DNA of 62,913 nucleotides, the filler included, from Sphacelaria rigidula (lineage: Eukaryota), in NCBI GenBank assembly GCA_964200075.2. It is 8 parts of 8 records of this genome, joined end to end, with 100 filler letters (N's around TTAATTAATTAA, not from the genome) between each part and the next. Parts side by side here need not be neighbours in the genome. Positions count along the whole stretch, not along the records: positions 47,262 to 55,037 come from CAXNAA020013493.1; positions 55,138 to 62,913 come from CAXNAA020013494.1; 6 more parts are not named here. The stretch is one strand, 5' to 3'. This document shows, one piece after another, positions 52,201 to 62,913 of this stretch. The position numbers and the translations under genes were made by a program. Each line of letters opens with the position of its first letter. Position 1 is the first letter of the stretch. The notes below the pieces were generated by a model. That model made no database searches. It was not told the DNA's origin and saw nothing but the letters and a program-made list of their open reading frames with translations.

Positions 52201-53413
52201 GGCAGATTTTCCGACGATGAACGCAAGGCATACCAAGGAGGCAACATTCTCCCAGCCATCACTCACGCCCAAAACGAAGAAGAAGGACAAAAAACAGCCG
52301 TTCAACATGTTGTGTTTGGCGTAATAAGCGGTTGATATGAAACGTGGCGAAAATCGACCCGACGTGTGATGCAAGACCGTTGGTGACACGACCCTCCGGT
52401 TCGGTGCACATGGTGCAGTATCAAGGATGTCGGCGAGAGTGTGGCGAAGAACACCAGCCGATGTTTTTCGTCGGACCATTCAGCACAAAAGTGATAGGGA
52501 TGATTCCCGGCAGTTGTCTCCTTGCGCGAACGCCATAGCGTTGAGGCGCGGGCGTTGGCAGTGCTGCACGGTAAATCGAAAGGTTGACTGACATACTAGG
52601 GTGACGGTCAGATTAGTCGTCTTGCGTTGAAACACTCACTTCATTGACATCACCAGGTAGCCTCATGCACCACAGGCGATTCGCTGACGGGCGTAGCCAG
52701 ATCACCCCCAATAAACTTTTGCATCCCACGGTGCACCGCATATCCACGAGCCATCATGGCCATGTACATGAGACACGGCTCATTACTACAGCGTGGAAAA
52801 TAGAACCTTGAGTTGTACAGAAACGTTTGCGCAATCTATATACAGAAAGAACGGCCCCAATATTATCCGCAGACTGAAATCAAAACACGAAATCTTCCTC
52901 ATTGTCGTCGCCCGCTGCCGATGCCGAGTCCTCTCTCTCTCGGACCCGCTGCGTTATGAATCAGGATATCTGATCCAGATCCCGGCTGCAGAGTTGGACT
53001 TGTGTCTGACGGGTTTATGAAATACGCCGTCGCAAAAGTAGCCACAGATGGGATCTTGTCCCGGATGCGCCCCCCCTACCCCCTGCCTCCCGCCGCCGTG
53101 CCAGTAACGCCCCTCACCATCGGTCACCAACAGGTGCCCCTGGCGCGTTGCTCGCTCCACTTGCCGCGCCCCTTCCGCGTGATGCAGCTGACTCACCCCT
53201 TGCATGCTTCGATGTTGAGCGGCATTTCCCGTTGCGCGATTGCTCGCGTGCGCGGCCATCTAGGCCGGCGGTTTCACTGATCGGATCTGGTCCCGAGTGC
53301 GCTTCCCCCCTCACCTCCCCCCCGGCGCCGCGCCGGCGAGGCTCCTCACCATCAGTCGTATCAACAGGTGTCCCGGGTGCGCTGCTTGCTCGAGATACCG
53401 CCCCCATACCACG

Positions 53414-54835
53414 TCATGCAGTCGACCCACCCCTCGAATGCTTCGCTGTTGATCGGCTTCTTCCGTTTCGCGATTGGCCACGTGCACCGCTCTGTCCGTC
53501 GCCGGTTTCCTCAGCGGCATTCGCGGCGACCGCTCGCGTAGGGGGCGGGGGCAGGAAGCAACGACCCTGGCAACCGCAGCTCAGAGTGCAGTTCCCCAAA
53601 CACCTGCAACTCCGGCATCTGTGTTTTGATGCCGTCCTTTCCGGGTTGCATGCACATCTGAGTATTTGCACGTTTCTGGATGTGTCGACGTATGTGTGAC
53701 TCGACAAGTACACCACAATGTTAACGCGTGATAGCTCCACCCCCGCTGTGCTCGACGATTTTTTAACACCCTTGTGGTGAGTCCTCCTCTCAGGTTTTAT
53801 GCCCCACCCGCGTCCGTTCAAGTTCACTGGGGGCATGCTGCGTAGGAAGCTTCCCCCCCAGTTTTCCAACACCGCATCGGACTTACTGACGTGCTTCTTA
53901 CAGGCGTCTAAGTCTGGGCAGCAGCGGAAAGGCTCCCGACCACCGCGCCTGGCGCCCGAGAGTCACAGAACAGTGTGATCGCCCTGTGTTTTCCACACGA
54001 TTGGGGACTGGGCTCCCCTCCTAGTGCGTCTTCGTCGCCGACGTGGCCGCCAGCAATTGCCCTCATATTTGACATCGCCACTGCAGGTTCTACGCCTGTC
54101 GGCCCAGAACTTATCTCAACCACATTTGTGGCATGCGCCGGACGGGATGGCAGCCGCAGATACGCAGGTGTTTCACTACCTGCCCGCGTGACATGCAACA
54201 ACGCGTATGCGTGCAAGAACTTAGTTCTGTACAATATTTGACGTTTACTGAGTCAGAGTCGGGGAATCTTGTGCACATATATAATCCGATACATATTCCA
54301 CGCATGCTCACGTCCTGCGATTGGTTCGAAAGCCGCAGTCGTCACCTGAAAGCAGTGAGGAGTGTGCGATCATCACCTGCGATAGCTCGCGGGGTTACTA
54401 CAATAGTAAATTGAAGATGCTCTTACCTCGGGATCGGTTCTGGTGTCGTATATGACGCTCGGGCTGCCCCGGGCAGCGTCTCAGCAGGCGCCCGGACATC
54501 ACATCCCATGAGTTAGCTAGCCCTGGGGGTCCTCTACATCTGCCGCGAGGGTATGTACAGTGGAGGTGGTTAGGTGGGGAGTTGAACATCAACGCTTCTG
54601 ACCGAGAGAATCATCTACCCTGCCGTTCTCATGTTCTCGCCTCCTGTGGCGACGGGGGTATATGTTCTCTGTCGCATGAAGGGGTCGCGGCGTCCTATCG
54701 TGATTCTGGAGTACCATGAAAAATGAGAAGTCGAAATCTATGTCCATGTCTACGACGGAAATCTCGGCCCACGCCATCAGTTAGTTATTTGATTCCGGGT
54801 GTCAGATTACTAAATCGGACTCCTTCTCCAGCTCG
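53414..54835 (-). pseudogene. Decayed transposon ORF with XPG/PIN-like nuclease motifs and a C-terminal Cys cluster (AcademX-like)
   Basis: Motifs occur in the expected order on the minus strand, broken by stops and frameshifts: LEKESDLVI*H (~54797-54831), ISVVDMDID (~54735-54765), LMGCD (~54497-54512), CCPDLDACKKHVSKSDAVLENW...PPVNLNGRGW (~53805-53925) and CACNPERTASKHRCRSCRCLGNCTLSCGCQGRC (~53555-53656). Confidence 0.55.
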
Positions 54836-55613
54836 GGACAGACACTAAGTGCGAGTTGTTCATTCGCTTGTGTACAACGCGAGCCGCCGATTTATTACGG
54901 CCTCGCTGTTTTCAGAACGTGATGCAGATACGTCTTCATCACATTGTTTTATACATACTTATACTCTATGTAATGCGTGAGAGGACCGCGTGCTTAGAGG
55001 ACCGCATCGGAGTTTGAACATCCCCATGGTTAGGGTTNNNNNNNNNNNNNNNNNNNNNNNNNNNNNNNNNNNNNNNNNNNNTTAATTAATTAANNNNNNN
55101 NNNNNNNNNNNNNNNNNNNNNNNNNNNNNNNNNNNNNCTAGATTCCGCCGATTCCTCACTGGAGGGACTCTGATTGGTTGAATTTCATATTTCACTACAA
55201 AAGTTTATCCCCATGTATGGGCGTTGTGCCACATAAGCTGGCCACAGGAGCAGCAGAAATAGAACAGAACAATGAAGAAAAAAGAGAAAGAAAGGAACAG
55301 AAAAAGACAGAAGCAACGGCCTCAGAAGGGAAAGAAAATGAGCAGCGATAACAACAAAAACACCACCACCACCACCAACAACAAACAACAACAGCATAAA
55401 CATCAAGTAGTGTAGAGTATACAAAAACACATATTGGGACCGAAAATGGCAAGACAGAAGTCCTTAGAATCACTCACATGATCGTCATGCGCGAAATTGA
55501 ACACACACAACAGGAATGGGAGCGCCAGGAAGGGCTGACCAGGCAGGCAGACGCGCACGACTACGAGCATGAAAAATGACGGAACATGACAGAGTTACAG
55601 CCCGCACACTTAC

Positions 55614-55798
55614 TTGGCGGACGCTTGCGATCTTGCCCCGCCCGCCCCGTAAAATCCACCCTGCACTCCCGGCTGCCCCCCAGAGTAGGTAATGTTGTCA
55701 CTGAACTCCCGCACTGTCGCTGCGAGTGCTCCGCCCACCGGTGTTTGCTTGATGGCGCGGTTTGCTATGGTTACCGTCCGGGCAAATCGCTGAATCAT
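55614..55798 (-). CDS. First exon of a probable mitochondrion-targeted hypothetical protein
   Basis: ATG start and a basic presequence lacking acidic residues, ending in R-E-F-S (R-3-like cleavage site). It continues into the Gly-rich motif TYSGGQPGVQGGFYGAGGAR. The donor is a strong caa|gtaagt. Confidence 0.6.
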
Positions 55799-58700
55799 GG
55801 TTCTGAAACTGAATGTTCTCTGTAGAGAAGGAACTCAGCCGGTGCGTTGCGGCGTGTTGAACTTGCGTTTCGGTTCCTAATAACGAAAGAACAGGGATTG
55901 AGAGATGGGAAGGTCGCATGAGAGTACATGCACATTTTCTGGCATGTCTTCATCTGTACGTGGGCTGCTACATCAAGTGGAAGGTGGATCCTGGACAGCG
56001 AGTCCAGAATAGCGTTCCATAGTAGAGTAGAGTGGGGTGTGTGTGGGGGGGCAGAAGCCAACCCCGGAAGGTATTGGTGAGAGCAGGCAGCGCGAATGTT
56101 CCCGTGGACAAGTGAAAAAGCATAGTCGTGCGGTAAATGATGCACACAACCGAAGCGCACAAGCACGTAAGTCAATTGGCCGCACATTTTTGGCACAACC
56201 ACAGACAGTATATAATCGAAGTGGGGCCCAGCTGGAAGGGTGCAGCATCTTACTATGAGTTTGCTGGGTCGTAGTTGGACTCCCATCACCCTGAAGGATA
56301 AAGGCGTAGATACATGCAGTCAGAGCCTGCCTGTTGCATGAGGTGAGCGTAGATGACACTGGGGAAAAGTTTCAAATTATTGTACTAACACTTCTGCACT
56401 GATCTATGCATATCAACGAATTGCCAAAAGTTGAGCACGAAGTTCAGTAGACTTGTGGATGAATTCGTCTACATCACTCACCAGCTACGGAGAGCGCGCC
56501 TTGTGTGTCCACCTGTGTATTCCTCCGGCCGAGCACGGCGCATCGCCCCATCAGAATATCCGTTATAAATTGACCATTTTCTACTATGAAGAGTGTTGAA
56601 AATCTCAGACCCGCGTTCAACATTAATAGCGAGGCGTTTCCGCACGGGCACAGTGAGCAATCGTACAAGTGATAGAGCGGGGTGCGAACACGTGCGGTGG
56701 CGGCGTGAGCAGCTTGGCGACAGGGATAAAAAAACGGAGGAATACATCCCTATAACACACGTGAGGATGAAAAATAAACAACACGAAACCCAGGATCACC
56801 AGGTGTACATCTGTGCATATAGTAGGTTTCGCAGCATCTCTCTGAGCTGCTGGACTGTCCAGCACCTGTGGGTTCGTCGTGGCGCCCCGACCAATGCGTC
56901 GTGTCTGGGAAACAACGACACGAACACGCCAAAGATTATGCTCGCGAGCTAGCCTAGCGTAGGCAGTAGCCCATGTCGATATCCAACAGTCGTAGAATGA
57001 TAAACCTACGTGTCGGCATGGCTTCGTAGAATTTCCTGTGCTGCGAACTAAACTGTTGAGTGTTTTTTTGCACTCCCGCCCCGTTGTGCCCTTCCGATTT
57101 GAAAACTCGTCGTTCATTTGCGTCTGATTTTCTCTCATCGCGTTCGACAAACCGTACTATGGGATAGCGGCGACATACCCCCCTCCCCCCCTGCCCCGCC
57201 CCCCCCGCCCCCCAACCCTCATCTCGCCCTCCTGTTCACTTTATCCTTTCATTCCCGCCTCACCCTCCTCGAGTGGTGTGGGTAGGTGGGTACATACAAC
57301 TTCCCGTGCAGTAAAGCCATGATTGTGTAGTTGGGGCGACCCCTTTTGCTCAAAACGTCGATGTGGCGCAAAACAACGGCCATTGAATGGGGCACGATGG
57401 AAGGCGCGCGTTTGATTTGACGCACGAGCAAGCATCCCTGTTGCAGCCTGAATATGAGAAAGCTTGCGTAAGGCTGCGAGAACATGAGATTACGATGGAA
57501 GGCCGACGGTCTGGGTCTATCGGCTCGTTTGAATTCATTCGAAAGTCGGCGCTACATGGCACTCACCCCGTACACTACAGTGCTTTTCTGTAGATCCGCG
57601 GCCTCAAAAATATGGTGCTTTTTCTTCGAGAAATTCAGCCGTTCCTCGCCTCTACTTTGAAACCGGGCGCATGTACAATACGACCAATCGAATGACGGCA
57701 GCTCACAGGCCGCCAGGGTGTGCTCCACAACAGAACATAACTACTGCTACAAAGCGTTGATGCAATCTCGTTATCGGGAGAAATGACAAGGTCAAAATAG
57801 ATCGACCTATGATACCCCCCACTGCACTGTGTCGCAACACCCCACTTTACTGTACATAATACGGGTTCGTACTGTACCCTTGTACTGACTGTTTTACAGT
57901 CAGTTGTATCCTGTCGACATGTCTTCGTCTTGAATTTTGAGCTGACCCGTAGCCGGTGATGACTGCGGCGAAACATTACGGAACCTTGAGAATGCGATCG
58001 GGAAATCACGGCCAGCCACCGACACCTCTTACTCCAGAAATGCTCTTTTCAGTATACGACTCTACGCATGCACCGAATACTTGGTACTAAAACCCGTGTG
58101 CGACTGACTCGTACATATGTCCTACGGAGTATTTTGTAGTGAGAGTCGTGAAACTGAAACGGCCCCGCCGGACGGTTACAAGGCTGGCTCCTAAACTTTT
58201 ATTTCCCGAAGGGTACATACAGGGGCAAGACGGTGTCTTATCAAGACGAGAAAAAGAGACGGGAAGAGGAACAAGCGTCCAAAAGCAGCACCTCGATAAG
58301 TCGCCGCAACCATAGACCCGCCCGGTGATCAATCAACATGCTGCTTTTTGGACTCTCGTACTTTCCCCCTCTTCTTTTCGGGTCCCGACACGGCATGGCC
58401 TGGGAGGGGACTAGGGGGCGAGAAACTTCTTTCCTCAAGAACAAATTCGTAGCAAGACTGTTGTAGCTGACCGTCGGGGTGTCACGCCGAGAATTGCCTG
58501 ATGCTGGTGCGATTAGTCCGAGGAGCGCAAGCGTTTACTGTAGTAAAAGTTAGCGTTAAAGTAGCACAAGAGGTCTGAGCTTGCTTGTTATTACGGATAG
58601 CTTCACGTTTTTCATCATGGCTGTGTTTCCAGTTCTCCAATGTTTGTGAAATCGATTGTATCCGTCGGTTATTGGATCGTGTGTCCGTTGACTCCCGAAT

Positions 58701-60558
58701 CGGGAACAGAGGAACCTACTGTTGTGTGTATGTTTGTTGGCGATAGTGTGAGTGGACACCGGAGATCGACGGTTCCCTGCCGCCGGGATGTACTTGCGTC
58801 GTTGTTGTTGTTGATCACCCCCACCGAACGATGTCATGAAGTAGGTGTTACTGTACTGTGTTGTAATACGAAGTACAGTACTGTACTGTCTTCTTATTCA
58901 GTGGGTAGGGTACCAGTCACTACTCTCATGAAATCGTATATGCAAGGCACGCGCACAGGCTTTTTGTGGGTGAACGCAGCACAGCGGGTGATGCGTTTTT
59001 CAATTTTGTTCAGACGGCATCAGCTTTACCGGTGTCGTGTGCTTGCTTCCTGTGCACAATCGCGCGCACCATCCAGTCGCGTGCGTTGACTACGTATGAT
59101 TCCTGTGTTGTCGTCCCACGCGAGTGTTGTATTGTAGTTTATGGTACGGCACTAAAGCCGGCAGTTTCCGGCGGCGTCAAATCCCCCGACCAGAAGGCGG
59201 AGTATTATTGACAGGGCGGAGTTTTGATCGTTCCACCGTTTTCGAAGGTAGGGAACATACCGCCGAGGTTCGCTCTCATAGGACGGGCAAAAAGACATAC
59301 TTGAGGAGGTCGGAGATAGCAGCCGCCGCAACCGCCCCAGGGTAGTGGAGCAGCTTCCGTCAACGGAATATAGTTATCAGAGATCGGGACATACCGACCT
59401 CACCACGAGAAAGAGAACGTGCAACAGGAGCAGACTCGCAAACGTGGACGCCGACTTGACTTGAAGAGAATGAGAGTAACAGACAAGGGGGAGGGGGGGG
59501 GAGCGTAGAGACAGACGGAGGGAGAGATAACCCGTAACAGGGATGGAGAAAACGGACTGATGGACAGACGAAGGAGGAGCCAGAAACGGTTACGAATTTC
59601 GCGAGATCACTTTTTTTTTTTGGCCTCGGTCGGAAATTGTTCCGAATTGTACGTGAGCGTGGGGGAAAATGCAACCACATTTCGATGGCACTGGTGTCTG
59701 TCCACCTCTCAGACTTCGTTGGCGATAACTGGTGCTGACATGGAGACGGGGGAGAGTTGCGCGAGCATGGTGGGGTTCAGCGACGAAGGCGATTGCTGTC
59801 CTCGTGACTCTTCGCTCTCAACTGTATTCTTCACCTCTCGAGTGGTTTTCATCAGGCATCACAGAGCCCGCCCTGTCCGTCTGCCGGTCTCCGTCGGTCT
59901 ATGTCGGTCTGAGTCGGTCTATGTCTCTTTTCCTCCTTGTTAAAGCTTGCGTCTACATGGACACCTTTTTGCACGAGAGTGTCTTCGCTAATTCATTTCG
60001 TCAAGATATTCTTTGCGCCCGTCGCTGTGTCCTGCCCTCCCCCTCCTCGCTCCTCTCTCCTCCCCATCTACTATTCCCTGTTTTTTTGTGTCTCCAGATT
60101 TTTTTCAAGCATTCGCTCGTTCTTTTATTTTACTTTTTCGTCTGACATTTCTGCTGTATAGATAATTCTCGTACCGATAATTCTGCCCTCCGTCCTGCAT
60201 TCGCCAGTGAAGGAGGAACATCCGGAAGAAATAGAGCAACGAATAAAAACACATGCAGTTGGTTTTAAGCCCAGCAAAGCATCAAGTAGAGAAGAGGAGT
60301 GCACGCGTGCTGCGAAGTTCTCCCCTTTCTCACAAACCCTCCTCCTGACATATGGTTTTGCAACAAAAGAAAAAGGCGTTGTCGGGAGCTTCTTTCAAAG
60401 TCACGAGAAACACAGCTGTAATAACTCAAAACTTCGCCCGGATTACTGCAAAACTCCGTTTCCTCTCTTTTTCCTGTTTAAACGATAGAGCAACCACGAC
60501 GGCGCTCGCTACGGTAGCCTCGATACATACGGCACGGGCGGAGGGGACGGCCGCTATA

Positions 60559-61284
60559 ATGTCAGCGGCCTCCGCCGGAGTAGCAGACGTGGCAGGAACA
60601 GACGGCACCAAGGTAGTGGAACGAGGAGTCACCTCCGTGGCGCTAGGGACGTCGGGGACAAGAACAACCGCCACAGCAACCACGGCCGGAGAGCGAACAG
60701 CGGCGGCAGCGGCGGCAGCGGCGGCAGCCGCAACAAACGCAGCTGCAGCGAAGTCTGCAAAACAAGCGAAAGAAGCAGCAGCAGCGTCAGTAGCAGAAGG
60801 AACCACAGGTGACGGTAGTGGGGGGGGGCGCACGACGGGGCAGGGCCGCGCACGAGGGAAGGGCACAAACGACGACAGCGACATGGTGACGCAAGATACG
60901 GAGAACGGCGACCACGCGGCGGCGGCATCGGAAGGGCGACGAACAAGTGCCGACAGCGACAAGGTAGACTCAGGACATAGCGACGAGCGTGGTGACGAAG
61001 TCGAAGACAGAGCTGGTGACGGCGGCAGTGGCGAGGCGGGGGGGGGTGAGGGGGACGGTGCAGGAGCGGGGGGCGAGGAAGAGGGAGAGGCGGCCGAGGG
61101 TGTCGGTGAAGCGTCGTCGGGGTCCGATGTCGGCTGGAGAGTGAAGCTGTACCAGCTTAACGAGGAGGGGCAATGGGACGACCGAGGGACGGGACACATT
61201 TCTTGTAGGTTTGTGGAGAGCGTGGGGGGCACGGCGCTGGTGGTGCTCGCAGAGGACGACGGAACGGAGCTCATGCAGTCGAAG
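60559..61284 (+). CDS. PPP4R3: First exon of serine/threonine protein phosphatase 4 regulatory subunit 3 (PP4R3/SMEK/Psy2), EVH1-like domain start after a long low-complexity N-terminus
   Basis: GWRVKLYQLNEEGQWDDRGTGHISC...LVVLAEDDGTELMQSK matches the PP4R3 signature RVKVYxLxxxxxWDDxGTG. The donor is aag|gtgggt in phase 0, and the exon is 726 nt. Confidence 0.9.
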
Positions 61285-61607
61285 GTGGGTAATGGTAATG
61301 GTGATGGTGGTTGTGGTGGTATGGTACGACTTTGCGAAGAGAACACAGGGTGATCGAAGAGTGTTTCACGTTATTCAGGTACCGTCGCCCGAAAATACTG
61401 AGAATTGCGGGGTACTATCTTTCCAACACATTTTTGCACGCGCCCCTTCCCCCACCGTCACCAGCAAGCACGAGATTCCAAAGCAGACACGTGAGGTACA
61501 TGAAAGAAGAACAAGCCCTTCCGCCACGTTTGCACGGTTCATGTGGTGAACGTGTTGTAGCAACGTTCGAGCCCCCCCCCCCCGCCCCTTTATCTCCTTC
61601 GAGTATT

Positions 61608-61912
61608 GGGTATTACCCACACGCCCGTGATCTCTTACTACCCCTGCTCTCGGTCTTGTGTCTTCCTGCACAGCATACACATTCACCCACGCTGGTTATG
61701 AATGTGCTCCGGAATGTCCTACACGCGAACCCCTAGCTTGTCGATCATGACTCCGACAAGCTTCGCCGGTGTCATGCGGATGAGCGGGTCCGCGTGTAGG
61801 ACATTCTGGAATACATTGACGAACAGCGTGGGTGCATGTGTGTGTTGTGCAGTAGACACAAGGCCGAGTGCAGGCAGGGAGTACGGGATGGCAGGCGTGG
61901 CGTCGGGTATTG
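61608..61912. repeat. Foldback element with ~125-bp arms in PP4R3 intron 1
   Basis: cacccacgctg...ccggaatgtcctacacgcgaaccc is the imperfect reverse complement of gggtccgcgtgtaggacattctgg...cagcgtgggtg. Confidence 0.75.
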
Positions 61913-62913
61913 ACCGGGACAAATATTGAATATTTTCAGGGCACCTAGGGGTAGCTTGCGACTCGAGGAAGTCCGGAATGTTTCAGGGTTTTTCCGGGGT
62001 GTGCCTGCCCCCCAGTGCTCATTCACTATCCTTAGCCTGTTCTAGAGCAGCTGGCTGTTCAAGGGTCCGCGTAAGAGACCTGCGGTGTAGGCGTTGGATG
62101 CGTTCCATTGGTGCGTGATGAGAGACCGATTACTGTTGGTGACTGAGTACATCGTCGGACTCTCGGTGCTTTTTTTTTCTCCTTTTACTCACCCGTCGTT
62201 GTTTTATTGTTGCTGTCGAATTGGGCAAGGGAAAGCCCAGCGGTTCCGTAACTTTTCCATCGTTTTTCGAAAAAAACAGATGAGTGCTCAATAATCTTTT
62301 TCCAAAAGCATAAGTTTTCCCGGGGGGGGGGGCATCATGGAGATGTATATATGCCCGTCGCAGCTTCCGACGGTAGAGCGTGTTTTTTCTCGTCGGGGGT
62401 ACTACTGCTCCACTACTGTTGTCACGCTGTCACCCATGCTGCACCATGGGGAGAAATGGTCCCAGACGACTGCACCAGCTATATATGGTAGGGGTCCCAC
62501 CATAATGCGGTCATGAGCATTTGTCACAAGTCCGATATTCATATCGAGTCGTACGTGCATTGTAGTGGTACCGTACGCCGCTCCCCGGTGGTGTAATGAT
62601 CAAACTGTTGTCATTATAGAGTAGGGGAGAACGAGGGTTCAATTCCCGATGCGTTTTTTTTTTCGTAGTATCTGATTCCCACCATGGAAAGCGTGAGAAC
62701 GTGAGTAAACAGAGTAGTCGACTGAGTTTATTTGATGTGCGTTGACGCGGTGCGGGAGTGTTGATAGTCATGACCCAATCCGTGAGACAAAAAATGCAAG
62801 GCGTGTACCGGGGAGAGATGGGTTGATCTCTTAAGACCACGGACTCATCCTGAGGAGGGCGGGGGGGGGGGGGGGGGCAGGGGGGACACAAAAAAAGGGG
62901 GGGGGGGGCGGGG

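Noticed and set aside
60426..61346. 306-aa minus-strand ORF
   Set aside because: It is the antisense shadow of the GC-rich PP4R3 exon.

Overview
This is eukaryotic, repeat-rich, intron-rich DNA, most likely from a brown alga (Phaeophyceae/stramenopile). That call is inferred from an Ectocarpus-style NB-ARC exon, a bipartite signal-peptide/'ADAF' plastid presequence and GT-AG exons separated by long introns. The window is not one locus. It is eight unrelated contigs of 7777 bp (five) and 7776 bp (three), sorted by length and joined by an artificial 100-bp linker (44 N + TTAATTAATTAA + 44 N), so adjacency across linkers has no meaning. Recognisable coding pieces are: four spliced exons of a divergent Lon-protease N-terminal region (minus strand, contig 3); one exon of a DegT/DnrJ/EryC1/StrS PLP aminotransferase; one NB-ARC exon; the first exon of a plastid-targeted DUF2470-like protein; the first exon of a probable mitochondrial protein; and the first exon of PP4R3/SMEK. 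Much of the rest is transposon-derived: tRNA-headed SINE-like elements, many foldback MITEs, a non-autonomous piggyBac-like element, LINE and gag remnants, and a decayed XPG/PIN-nuclease plus Cys-cluster ORF resembling an AcademX transposon. I found no CRISPR array, rRNA or intact tRNA gene. All homology calls come from motif recognition by eye; no database searches were run.
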